Positions 1 to 8,736 of a DNA stretch of 28,454 nucleotides are shown here, piece by piece. The position numbers and the translations under genes are program-made. Position 1 is the stretch's first letter, and the number at the start of each line of letters is the position of its first letter. The DNA is from an uncultured Flavobacteriaceae bacterium. GTDB taxonomy: Bacteria > Bacteroidota > Bacteroidia > Flavobacteriales > Flavobacteriaceae. The notes under the pieces are model-generated. The model worked only from the letters and a program-made list of their open reading frames with translations. It did no database searches and had not been told where the DNA came from. Location of the stretch: positions 1 to 28,454 of the forward strand of contig CAZQBE010000001.1 of assembly GCA_964591595.1 (NCBI GenBank). The letters are read 5' to 3'.

Positions 1-1
1 T

Positions 2-139
2 TTTCTAAATCTAGCTGCAAATAATAATTATTATTTGTTTTTAGAGCATGATGCTTACAATGAAATAATTACCGTACAACATACAGATAAAGGTGTGCGT
101 TTAAAAGACACGTTTACCCTAAATGAAATTACAGAATAA
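2..139 (+). CDS. 3' end of an MBL-fold metallo-hydrolase (partial, starts before the window)
   Basis: Open frame from base 2 reads FLNLAANNNYYLFLEHDAYNEIITVQHTDKGVRLKDTFTLNEITE*, stop TAA at 137-139. The LFLEHDA..EIITV motif resembles the C-terminus of YtnP-like MBL hydrolases of Bacteroidota (recognised from memory). Confidence 0.65.
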   Translation, partial: FLNLAANNNYYLFLEHDAYNEIITVQHTDKGVRLKDTFTLNEITE

Positions 140-255
140 ACTATAAAATATTATAACAATTAAACGTATTGTGTTAATTGCTCTAAGCAAATACTAAATA
201 ATTAAAAAAAACCTTATCTTCGCGTTTTTTATAACTATCCGTTAATCAATTCATT

Positions 256-2157
256 ATGAAACAATTATTGAATTTCGCTTTATGTCTTTCTGTTGTTTTT
301 TCTTATGGGCAATCCTCAACAACAAGTTATTCAGCATATTGGCAACAACATGTAGACTATAAAATGGAGATTGATATGAATGTAAATACATATCAATACA
401 GGGGTAAGCAAACACTAGTATACACAAACAACTCTCCTGATGTATTAAATAGGGTTTACTACCATTTGTACTTTAATGCCTTTCAACCAGGAAGTGAAAT
501 GGATGTAAGATCCCGCACAATTTTAGACCCAGATAGACGTGTAAAAGACAGAATAAGTAAACTTAACCCTAATGAAATAGGTTATATAAAGGTAAACTCA
601 CTAATGCAGGATGAAAATGCAGTAACATATGAAACCGTGGGAACTGTTCTTGAGGTTAACTTAAACAAATCTATTCAACCAGGAGCTTCGGTTACGTTTA
701 CAATGGTTTTTGATGGGCAAGTGCCTGTGCAAATACGTCGTTCTGGAAGAAACAATAAAGAAGGTGTTGCATTATCTATGGCACAATGGTATCCTAAAAT
801 GGCTGAATATGATTTTGAAGGTTGGCACGCAGATCCTTATATAGCAAGAGAATTTCAGGGTGTTTGGGGAGATTTTGATGTAAAACTTACTATTGACAAA
901 GATTATGTAGTTGGCGGAACAGGGTATCTGCAAAACCCAAATGACATTGGTTATGGTTATCAAACAAAAGAGGTTAAGAAGTCTAGCGGCTTAACTAACA
1001 CTTGGCATTTTATAGCACCAAATGTACATGATTTTACTTGGGCCGCAGATCCTGATTATGTACATGATACACTTCAGGTAACTAACGGACCAATGTTGCA
1101 TTTCTTCTATAAAAATGATCCCGAAATAAAAGAAAACTGGAGAAAACTTCAACCAAAAACTGCTGAATTAATGCGGTATTACAGTGACAATATCGGTAAA
1201 TACCCTTACAAACAGTATTCAGTAATTCAAGGTGGAGATGGAGGAATGGAATACGCCATGTGCACATTAATAACAGGTGGAAGAAATCTGGGTAGTTTAA
1301 TTGGCGTAACAGCTCATGAAATGGCACATACCTGGTTTCAGTTTTTATTAGCAACAAACGAAAGTGAACACCCTTGGATGGATGAGGGGTTTACAAGCTA
1401 TATAAGCAGTGTGGCGATGAATGATGTTATGAAAAGAAACAAGTTACACCCTACTGAGGGAGCGTATAAAAACTATATAAAGTTAGCGCTTTCTGGAAAA
1501 GAGCAACCGCTAACAACCCATGCTGATAGATATGAATTTAACAGCTCGTATGGAACCTCGGCATATAGCAAGGGCTCAGTGTTTTTATCACAACTGGGTT
1601 ATATTATTGGTGATGATAATCTAAAGAAGACCATTAAAAAGTATTATACCGATTTTCATTTTAAGCACCCAACACCAAATGATATTATTCGTTCTGCAGA
1701 AAAAGTTTCTGGATTAGAACTAGGATGGTATTTAACAGATTTTGGGCAAACCACTAACACAATAGATTATGGTGTTAGAGGTGTAATGGGGCGAGGAGAA
1801 ACATCTGTTGTTATACTACAGCGCGTTGGGCTTATGCCAATGCCTATTGATATTGAGGTTGTGTATCTTGATGGTGCCAAAGAAAACTTTTATATTCCAT
1901 TGCAAATGATGCGTGGTGAAAAACCTAGCGACTCTCCTAGAACAGTATTAAAAGATTGGGCTTGGGCAAATCCTTCCTATTCATTCACAATTAGTAAACC
2001 TAAAAAAGAAATTAAATCGGTTACTATAGACGTTAAAAATAAAATGGCAGATATTAATAAATATAACAACTCAATACAAGTAGCTACGCAAGGTGCTAAG
2101 GTTACTACAACTAAAAAAAGTACCGCTAAAGCAAATGCTGTAAAAGGACTTAATTAG
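256..2157 (+). CDS. M1 family zinc aminopeptidase, secreted
   Basis: N-terminal signal peptide; GGMEY exopeptidase motif; HEMAH followed 18 residues later by E (WMDEG), i.e. the HEXXH-X18-E zinc site; AYSKG Tyr motif. Confidence 0.92.
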   Translation: MKQLLNFALCLSVVFSYGQSSTTSYSAYWQQHVDYKMEIDMNVNTYQYRGKQTLVYTNNSPDVLNRVYYHLYFNAFQPGSEMDVRSRTILDPDRRVKDRISKLNPNEIGYIKVNSLMQDENAVTYETVGTVLEVNLNKSIQPGASVTFTMVFDGQVPVQIRRSGRNNKEGVALSMAQWYPKMAEYDFEGWHADPYIAREFQGVWGDFDVKLTIDKDYVVGGTGYLQNPNDIGYGYQTKEVKKSSGLTNTWHFIAPNVHDFTWAADPDYVHDTLQVTNGPMLHFFYKNDPEIKENWRKLQPKTAELMRYYSDNIGKYPYKQYSVIQGGDGGMEYAMCTLITGGRNLGSLIGVTAHEMAHTWFQFLLATNESEHPWMDEGFTSYISSVAMNDVMKRNKLHPTEGAYKNYIKLALSGKEQPLTTHADRYEFNSSYGTSAYSKGSVFLSQLGYIIGDDNLKKTIKKYYTDFHFKHPTPNDIIRSAEKVSGLELGWYLTDFGQTTNTIDYGVRGVMGRGETSVVILQRVGLMPMPIDIEVVYLDGAKENFYIPLQMMRGEKPSDSPRTVLKDWAWANPSYSFTISKPKKEIKSVTIDVKNKMADINKYNNSIQVATQGAKVTTTKKSTAKANAVKGLN

Positions 2158-2164
2158 ATTCTTT

Positions 2165-3355
2165 TTATTTATACCAAGGCTGGTTTTTATACATTTTGTT
2201 TTTTGACACTCTTTCTCTGTTAAAAAGAAATATGCTTGTGTTGTTATATTGTTTGTTTCTATATCCTAGTAAGTGAAATATTGGTTTCACCATATATTTT
2301 GCTACTTTAAGGTTTACTTGTAAAATTCCTTTTTTTCTATCTTTCCATGTGACTCCTGGCAAAATGATAAGTAAATTGTCTACTCTAATTCTTCTTAAAA
2401 TTTCAGATAATTTTAAAAAGATTGGATTAATTTTTTTAATAATAAAAAAACCCTCTTTTCCTTTTTTTTGATTTAATGGCATAAATAGTTTAGCGTTAAA
2501 AGGTGAGATTACATTTATTTTATTGTTTATCGCTAAAACTTGTCCTTTGCAAATTGTTTGAAAACTTTTAACTTCTTTTTTTATTTTAAACACATCGCCT
2601 TCTTTGATTTTATGAAGATAGACCACCTCAAAAATTTGATTATTGTTTATAGCATTTATTTTGAGTTGATTGTAATATTGATAATAGCTTAATACTTTGT
2701 TTTCATCAATAACTCTTGAAAACACTAAACTTAAATAAATAAATGCTTCACAATTAGTGACTGCACTTTTATCATTATGTTGTCCAGATTCAAACCCAAG
2801 CGAAACATAGCCTAATTGATTAATATAACTCAATAATGGGCCGTCTAAAAATTCTTCTATTCCTAAAATTATAGGAACAGGAAAAAGTTTTGAAAACTTC
2901 CTATTAATTAATGCATCGTTTATAGTAATAAAAGGGAGTGTTTTTCCAGAAGTGGTGTGTAAGTCGATAAAATAATATGGTTCGCTTTCTTTTTCTAATA
3001 TGGTTTTAAGAATTTTATTTAACTCTTCCTGCTCTTTTTTTTCGTTACTTAATTGTTTTGTTTTGTTGGTGTTCTTTGTGTTTCCATTTAGCCAAAGCCT
3101 ATTGAGATCTTCTTCTATATAACGTTGATTTGAATTAAGCGCTTTCAAATTTCCTGATATTCCGTAAATAACGCCATTAACTTGATTTGGATTAATTTTA
3201 TGTAACACTTCATTAAGAGCGAAAACCCCAGCAGTCTCATTTCCATGGATTCCTCCAAAAAAAACAATTGTTGGTCCTTTTGTTTCCCCTGTTATCTTTC
3301 CAATAATCCTTTCTATGTGAATAGATTTATCTAAAGCCTTACTATAAACTTTCAC
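2165..3355 (-). CDS. Succinylglutamate desuccinylase/aspartoacylase family (M14-like zinc hydrolase)
   Basis: GTG start; GGIHGNE (H/E zinc ligands), DLNR, DLHT (third zinc ligand) and FESG (catalytic Glu) motifs. Confidence 0.88.
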   Translation of the reverse strand: MKVYSKALDKSIHIERIIGKITGETKGPTIVFFGGIHGNETAGVFALNEVLHKINPNQVNGVIYGISGNLKALNSNQRYIEEDLNRLWLNGNTKNTNKTKQLSNEKKEQEELNKILKTILEKESEPYYFIDLHTTSGKTLPFITINDALINRKFSKLFPVPIILGIEEFLDGPLLSYINQLGYVSLGFESGQHNDKSAVTNCEAFIYLSLVFSRVIDENKVLSYYQYYNQLKINAINNNQIFEVVYLHKIKEGDVFKIKKEVKSFQTICKGQVLAINNKINVISPFNAKLFMPLNQKKGKEGFFIIKKINPIFLKLSEILRRIRVDNLLIILPGVTWKDRKKGILQVNLKVAKYMVKPIFHLLGYRNKQYNNTSIFLFNRERVSKNKMYKNQPWYK

Positions 3356-3365
3356 TTTTAATTGT

Positions 3366-5219
3366 TTAAATGTCGTTACTTGTTACCATCCCTATTAATT
3401 TGTCTTCTTTTACTACTGGAAGACAATTTATATTGTTTTTGTTCATAATTTTTTTCGCTTCAGAAAGACTTTTATATTGGTCAATGGTAATTATTTCTTT
3501 TTTCATAATGTCTGTTACGGTATTAAAGTGATTCTGGTGGTTGGTTAAACAATCTGTAAGATCAGACCAAGTAAGCAATCCTATAAGTTCTTTATCATTA
3601 TTTATTACTGGCATGTGATGAAAATTTTTCCATTGCATCATTTGTAACACTAATGCAACGCTATCACTTTCATTTATTGAAAAAATATCTGTACTCATAA
3701 CATGTTTAACAATGCGTTTTTCACGAAAAGGTATTGGTGTTTTATTGTTAATTACGCCCCAAGTGGAAATGGGTTTGTTGCTTTCTTGTTTTTTATACAT
3801 TTCTGAAGTTAGAATTTGAGAAGCTTCAAACTTTTTCTTGGTTTTTAAAAGGTTTCTGTAGCTTTTAGTCATCCATTGTGAGCCATTATTATTTGATTTA
3901 ACCCTCTTTTCAATTATTGCTAAATAGCGCTTGTAATCTTTTTGTGAAACCCCGGCCTTTTCTAGTCCTTTATGCGCCATTGGTAATAATTCATTTAAAA
4001 TTAGGTTGTGACTAGATATATATGCTCCATTCCAATAAAATTGTGTGCTCATACCATAGTGGGCCGCAGAAAAGAAATTTGTTTTAGCGTCCCTGAAGTC
4101 CATTTTTATGTGAATGTTCTTATAGTTGTCTGGTTTACCCAACATTACTCCTACCCAGAAAACCATATTTGCAATCTCGTCTTTAATTGTGGGACCAGAC
4201 GGAATGTATCTATTTTCAATTCTTAAATGTGGCTTTCCTTTTTCAACGCCATAACATGATCTGTTCCATCTATAAATGGTGCCATTGTGTAGGTTTAAAG
4301 CGTGCAAACTTGGAATTTCACCTTTCTGAAGTGTTTCAACACTATCTTCGTTGAACTCTGATGTTAACAAGCTTCTGAACCTAGAAATGTTGTCTTTAAA
4401 TATATCTGTTACAGATCCTTTTGCCCAATCTTTTCCAAAGCTTACTCGTGATTGTTTTTCGGATAATAAAAAAGAATTGGCTCTCGTATCTATACTTTGA
4501 GTAAAAAGGGCCACTCTAGTTTCGCTCCATAGTTCCTTTCCAAACAAAAGAGGTGAGTTTGCGCATGCGCTTAATATTGGTCCGGATATAGTTTGAGCCC
4601 AATTATAGCTATCAATAAATTCATTTGGTGGTATTTGTAAGTGCATTTGAAAACTAGTATTACACCCTTCTAGCATAACTGAATCATGAAGTAAATTTAA
4701 TTCATCAACTCCTTTAATGTGAATATTAAAGTTTTGATTTCTAGATTCTTTTATGGCTTCATTTAACACATAGTAGCGTTGTCTTGGGGTCATGTTTTTA
4801 ACTTTAATGTGCTTGAGCGAAAGTGTTGGCAATATCCCAGTTAGAAGTATTTTTGTATCCCTTTTTTCTGCTGAATATTTCGCCTTATTTAAAAGCATTG
4901 AAAGGTTCTTGTCTAATTTTGAGAAGCATTTATTTTTAAGCTCAATAGGGTCTAAATTTATTTCTAAGTTATAATTCCCTATTTCTGTTGTAAAGTGCTG
5001 GTCGTTTATGTCTCCCAATACATCTAAAGAATTGCGGTTTGGTAAATATTCATTATTGATTAAACAAAATTCTTGCTCAGCTCCTATTCGTATAGGAGAT
5101 TTTTCAATTAAATCCTTTTTTAGCATTATTTCTAATGCTTCAATGTCTTTTAGTAAATGATAAATATAATTTGCTTTGCTTTTTTTGTTTGTGAGTTTAG
5201 TAACTTTTAGACCTCCCAT
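3366..5219 (-). CDS. GCS2-type (glutamate-cysteine ligase 2 / carboxylate-amine ligase) protein with a C-terminal CBS domain pair
   Basis: IGAEQEF, TTEI..NLEIN, NTSFQMHLQ, ANSP and HLRIENR motifs of the GS/GCS fold. The last ~115 aa are two CBS repeats (VKHVMS..HHMPV..LIGLLT; VTDIM..NCLPVV..LIGMVT). Confidence 0.85.
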   Translation of the reverse strand: MGGLKVTKLTNKKSKANYIYHLLKDIEALEIMLKKDLIEKSPIRIGAEQEFCLINNEYLPNRNSLDVLGDINDQHFTTEIGNYNLEINLDPIELKNKCFSKLDKNLSMLLNKAKYSAEKRDTKILLTGILPTLSLKHIKVKNMTPRQRYYVLNEAIKESRNQNFNIHIKGVDELNLLHDSVMLEGCNTSFQMHLQIPPNEFIDSYNWAQTISGPILSACANSPLLFGKELWSETRVALFTQSIDTRANSFLLSEKQSRVSFGKDWAKGSVTDIFKDNISRFRSLLTSEFNEDSVETLQKGEIPSLHALNLHNGTIYRWNRSCYGVEKGKPHLRIENRYIPSGPTIKDEIANMVFWVGVMLGKPDNYKNIHIKMDFRDAKTNFFSAAHYGMSTQFYWNGAYISSHNLILNELLPMAHKGLEKAGVSQKDYKRYLAIIEKRVKSNNNGSQWMTKSYRNLLKTKKKFEASQILTSEMYKKQESNKPISTWGVINNKTPIPFREKRIVKHVMSTDIFSINESDSVALVLQMMQWKNFHHMPVINNDKELIGLLTWSDLTDCLTNHQNHFNTVTDIMKKEIITIDQYKSLSEAKKIMNKNNINCLPVVKEDKLIGMVTSNDI

Positions 5220-5279
5220 TGGTTATCTCTTTAAGGATTTTTGGGCTGTGTTAAATTAATATACATTGTGTTTTTAAAA

Positions 5280-5295
5280 TATGATTTTTATCATA
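5280..5295. promoter_or_regulatory. FNR/Crp-like palindrome TATGAT-TTTT-ATCATA
   Basis: Perfect 6-bp arms with a 4-bp spacer, resembling FNR TTGAT-N4-ATCAA; 61-76 bp upstream of the ligase start. Confidence 0.5.
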
Positions 5296-5332
5296 CCTAA
5301 TTTAATATTGCTGCTAATGATGTCTTAATTGT

Positions 5333-5340
5333 TATTTTTG
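5333..5340 (+). promoter_or_regulatory. Bacteroidota housekeeping -7 promoter element for rnpA
   Basis: TATTTTTG matches TAnnTTTG; a TTG lies at 5308-5310. Confidence 0.45.
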
Positions 5341-5359
5341 TATTCTTTTAATGTAAAAA

Positions 5360-5728
5360 ATGGTTTTTAAGAAAGAAAAATTAAAAATAAAAAAACTTAT
5401 TGAACAATTGTTTCTGGAGGGACAATCTGTTTCTGCTTTTCCTTTGCTCTTAGTGTACCTTCCAATATCTTTTAATGATAATACAATTGTAAAAACAGGT
5501 TTTTCTGTTAGTAAGCGTAATTTTAAAAAAGCTGTTGATAGAAATAGAATAAAGCGATTATTAAAAGAATCTTATAGGCTGTACAAGGCTTCATATTTTA
5601 ACAACATTACAACACAATATGCGTTTATGATTTTGTATATTGGAAATGATAAGCCTACACTAAATCAAATAGAAACAAGAATGAACTTGTTATTTAAAAA
5701 ATTTAACGACGCTGTTTCTATTAAATAA
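5360..5728 (+). CDS. rnpA: Ribonuclease P protein component
   Basis: KEKL..KKLIEQLF, GFSVSKRNFKKAVDRNRIKR (RNR motif); 122 aa, basic. Confidence 0.9.
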   Translation: MVFKKEKLKIKKLIEQLFLEGQSVSAFPLLLVYLPISFNDNTIVKTGFSVSKRNFKKAVDRNRIKRLLKESYRLYKASYFNNITTQYAFMILYIGNDKPTLNQIETRMNLLFKKFNDAVSIK

Positions 5729-5735
5729 AATTACT

Positions 5736-7373
5736 GTGATGAAACAAAAATTTAAATCTAAAATTATACTTCCTGTTTTAATGTTAGCGCTTTTATTTAC
5801 AGGCGCTGCCTTTAAAAGCGATTTTTTTGAAATCGCTAAACAAATTGAAATCTTTACAACTTTGTTTAAAGAAATTAACATGAATTATGTTGATGAAACT
5901 AATCCGGGTGATTTAATGGATACGGCTATAAAAAATATGCTTAAAGACCTTGATCCATACACGGTTTTTATGAACGAACAAGATGTAGAGGCAGCGCGAA
6001 TAAATAATACTGGTGATTACATAGGAATTGGAGCAAGTGTGAAAATACTTAAAGATAAATTACTAATCATGGAGCCTTACAAAGATTATCCCGCAGACAA
6101 TGCTGGTCTAAAGGCTGGAGATGAAATTATAAAAGTAGAAGACATTTTGGTTTCAACTTTTAAAGAAAATGCGGGCGATTTACTTAGAGGAGCTCCTGGC
6201 TCTAAAGTTAATGTAACCTATAGAAGACAAGGAAAAACCAATACAGCAACCATTACACGACAAGAAGTAGAAATTAATGCAGTAACTCTTTTTGATATGG
6301 TAAATTCTAAAACGGGTTATATTGCTTTGACTAAGTTTAATAGAAAAGCGTCTCGAGAAACGGCAAATGCGTTAAAAGAGTTAAAGGCTGAAGGAGCGGA
6401 AAGTATAATTTTAGATTTACGCGGTAACCCTGGAGGGTTATTGTCAGAGGCTATCAACATCGTAAATCTTTTTGTTCCTAAAGGACAATTGGTTGTAACT
6501 ACAAAATCTAAAGTAGAAAAATACAATAAGACATATTTTACTAAAAATAATCCAATTGATACACTAATTCCTTTAATTGTATTAATAGATGGTGGTAGCG
6601 CATCAGCTAGTGAAATTGTGTCAGGATCTTTACAGGATCTAGATCGTGCAGTAATTATTGGTTCTAGAAGTTTTGGGAAGGGGCTTGTTCAGCGTCCAAA
6701 ACCTTTAACGTACGGAACACAGATTAAGGTTACTATTTCTAGATATTATACACCTTCTGGTAGATGTATTCAGGCGTTAGATTATTGGCATAGAAATGAA
6801 AAAGGAGATGCTGTGCGTGTAAAAAAGGAAGATTTTAACGAGTTTAAAACTAAGAATGGAAGATCTGTTTTTGATGGTGGTGGTATAGAGCCTGATGTTG
6901 AAATTGCTTTATCAAAAGTATCTACAATAACCAAAGCGATATTGAGTAATGACTATGTTTTTAATTTTGCTACCAACTATTATTATGGTCATCCAGAACC
7001 CAATATAACTACCTTTAAATTGTCTGATTCAGAGTTTAAAATGTTTAAATCCTATTTAAAATCTAATCGTTTTGATTTTAAAACAGAAACAGAAACAGCT
7101 TTAATAAAACTAAAGGAAGTAGCAAACAAAGAAGAATTGATGAAAGACTTGTCTGGTGATTACAAAAAACTAATGCAAAGCCTTGAGGAATTAAAAAACA
7201 AGGCTGTTGATGAAAACAAAGCACAATTATCTTCTTTGATAGAAAATGAAATTATTAAACGCTATTTTTATAGAGAGGGTTTACATGAATATTATTTAGC
7301 ACACAATGTCGAAATAAAAACTGCTACCGAAATATTGAGTAATATTAACAAATACAATAGCTATTTAAACTAA
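5736..7373 (+). CDS. S41 family carboxy-terminal processing protease with PDZ domain (ATG at 5739 is the probable start)
   Basis: LDPYT, GIG PDZ motif, DLRGNPGG, ASASEI (catalytic Ser), FGKG (catalytic Lys), GGIEPD. Confidence 0.92.
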   Translation: MMKQKFKSKIILPVLMLALLFTGAAFKSDFFEIAKQIEIFTTLFKEINMNYVDETNPGDLMDTAIKNMLKDLDPYTVFMNEQDVEAARINNTGDYIGIGASVKILKDKLLIMEPYKDYPADNAGLKAGDEIIKVEDILVSTFKENAGDLLRGAPGSKVNVTYRRQGKTNTATITRQEVEINAVTLFDMVNSKTGYIALTKFNRKASRETANALKELKAEGAESIILDLRGNPGGLLSEAINIVNLFVPKGQLVVTTKSKVEKYNKTYFTKNNPIDTLIPLIVLIDGGSASASEIVSGSLQDLDRAVIIGSRSFGKGLVQRPKPLTYGTQIKVTISRYYTPSGRCIQALDYWHRNEKGDAVRVKKEDFNEFKTKNGRSVFDGGGIEPDVEIALSKVSTITKAILSNDYVFNFATNYYYGHPEPNITTFKLSDSEFKMFKSYLKSNRFDFKTETETALIKLKEVANKEELMKDLSGDYKKLMQSLEELKNKAVDENKAQLSSLIENEIIKRYFYREGLHEYYLAHNVEIKTATEILSNINKYNSYLN

Positions 7374-7454
7374 GTTCCTAAAATTTATTACACTTTATAA
7401 ATACTTATAAACTAAAAATTGGTTTATATTTATATCTCTATTTAAGATTATAAT

Positions 7455-8291
7455 ATGAGAAAAATTCTAATTTTCTTTTTATTATTGAGCAATTTCATGT
7501 GGTCTCAAAATGAAATTAAACATGTGGTCTATTTTGATACTGATCAGTTTGATGTAACAGACATAGAGCATAACAGACTTCTTTTGTTTATTCAAGATAT
7601 TCAAAAACAGGATGTACAAAGAATAGACATCTACGGATTTTGTGACGATCGTGGAAGTGATTCTTATAACCTTTTATTATCACAGCAACGTGCAAATGCC
7701 ATAAAATCACTATTTTCTGAACATGAAATTGATAATTCCCTAATAAGCAACGTTGATGGAAAAGGAGAGGTGTTATTAAAGACTATTGATACCGAAGATG
7801 CAAATATTATTAGAGGCTTAAATAGAAAGGTTGAGGTTATTGCGGTTGTTTATATTCCTCCGCGACCAGAAGTAATAAAAGAAGAGCAAAATACTGAGTC
7901 TACTTTAAAAGGAAGTCTTAAAGTTGGAGATAAAGTAATTTTAGAAAACATTTTATTTAAAACAGGGTATAGTCAAATTTTACCAGAGTCTATTGAAACA
8001 CTTGAAAAAATAACCAAAATACTAAAAGAACGTGAAGATGTATATTTCACCATTCAAGGGCATGTCTGTTGCACACAATTCGCCAGAGATGCGGTTGATA
8101 GAAAAACCAAAAAGCGTAACCTTTCGGTAGCTAGAGCAAAATATATTTATTACTATTTAGCTGGAAAAGGGGTTAATAAAAAAAGAATGAAATATGTGGG
8201 AATGCGTCGTAAATTCCCTTTAGGAGGTGAGGCTAAATTTGATAGGCGAGTAGAAATATTAATTACTTATATAGCTTCAAAAAAACAGTAG
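7455..8291 (+). CDS. OmpA family protein with two tandem OmpA-like C-terminal domains
   Basis: Signal peptide. Domain 1: VYFDTD..GFCDDRG..YNLLLSQQRA..NRKVEV. Domain 2: ILFKTG..IQGHVCC..LSVARA..RRVEI. Confidence 0.82.
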   Translation: MRKILIFFLLLSNFMWSQNEIKHVVYFDTDQFDVTDIEHNRLLLFIQDIQKQDVQRIDIYGFCDDRGSDSYNLLLSQQRANAIKSLFSEHEIDNSLISNVDGKGEVLLKTIDTEDANIIRGLNRKVEVIAVVYIPPRPEVIKEEQNTESTLKGSLKVGDKVILENILFKTGYSQILPESIETLEKITKILKEREDVYFTIQGHVCCTQFARDAVDRKTKKRNLSVARAKYIYYYLAGKGVNKKRMKYVGMRRKFPLGGEAKFDRRVEILITYIASKKQ

Positions 8292-8292
8292 C

Positions 8293-8736
8293 TTATTTTT
8301 TTATCATCACAATATGTGGGATACCATCTTCTAGATATTCTTCTCCGTCTTCTATAAATCCTATATTATTATAAAATGGTTTTAAATACGTTTGCGCAGA
8401 TAATTTAATTGTGGTCTCGTTGTAAAAATCTTTTATGGCTTTTATAGAGGTGTTCATAATCTCATATCCATATTTATACTGGCGTTCATTTTGTGCTACT
8501 ACTACTCTACCTATACTTGCTTCATTAAAATAATCTCCGGGCTTAAAAACCCTTGTATAAGCCACAATAGTATTGTTTTTAAGCCCTAAAATATGTAAGG
8601 CCTTTTTATCTTTTCCATCAAGATCTGGATATACACAATCTTGTTCTACAACAAAAACGGCACTTCTTAATTGTAATAAATCATAAAGCTCTATTGTTGT
8701 TAACTCATTAAAATATTTAGTTTTTATGGTTAACAT
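8293..8736 (-). CDS. ElaA-like GNAT acetyltransferase
   Basis: LYDLLQLRSAVFVVEQDCVYPDLDG, IGRVVV, LSAQTYL..FY, YLEDGIPH motifs. Confidence 0.88.
   Translation of the reverse strand: MLTIKTKYFNELTTIELYDLLQLRSAVFVVEQDCVYPDLDGKDKKALHILGLKNNTIVAYTRVFKPGDYFNEASIGRVVVAQNERQYKYGYEIMNTSIKAIKDFYNETTIKLSAQTYLKPFYNNIGFIEDGEEYLEDGIPHIVMIKK

Noticed and set aside
2165-5219. Cassette as a defence system or mobile element
   Set aside because: No nuclease, toxin, transposase, terminal repeats or obvious compositional shift; both proteins have metabolic enzyme folds.
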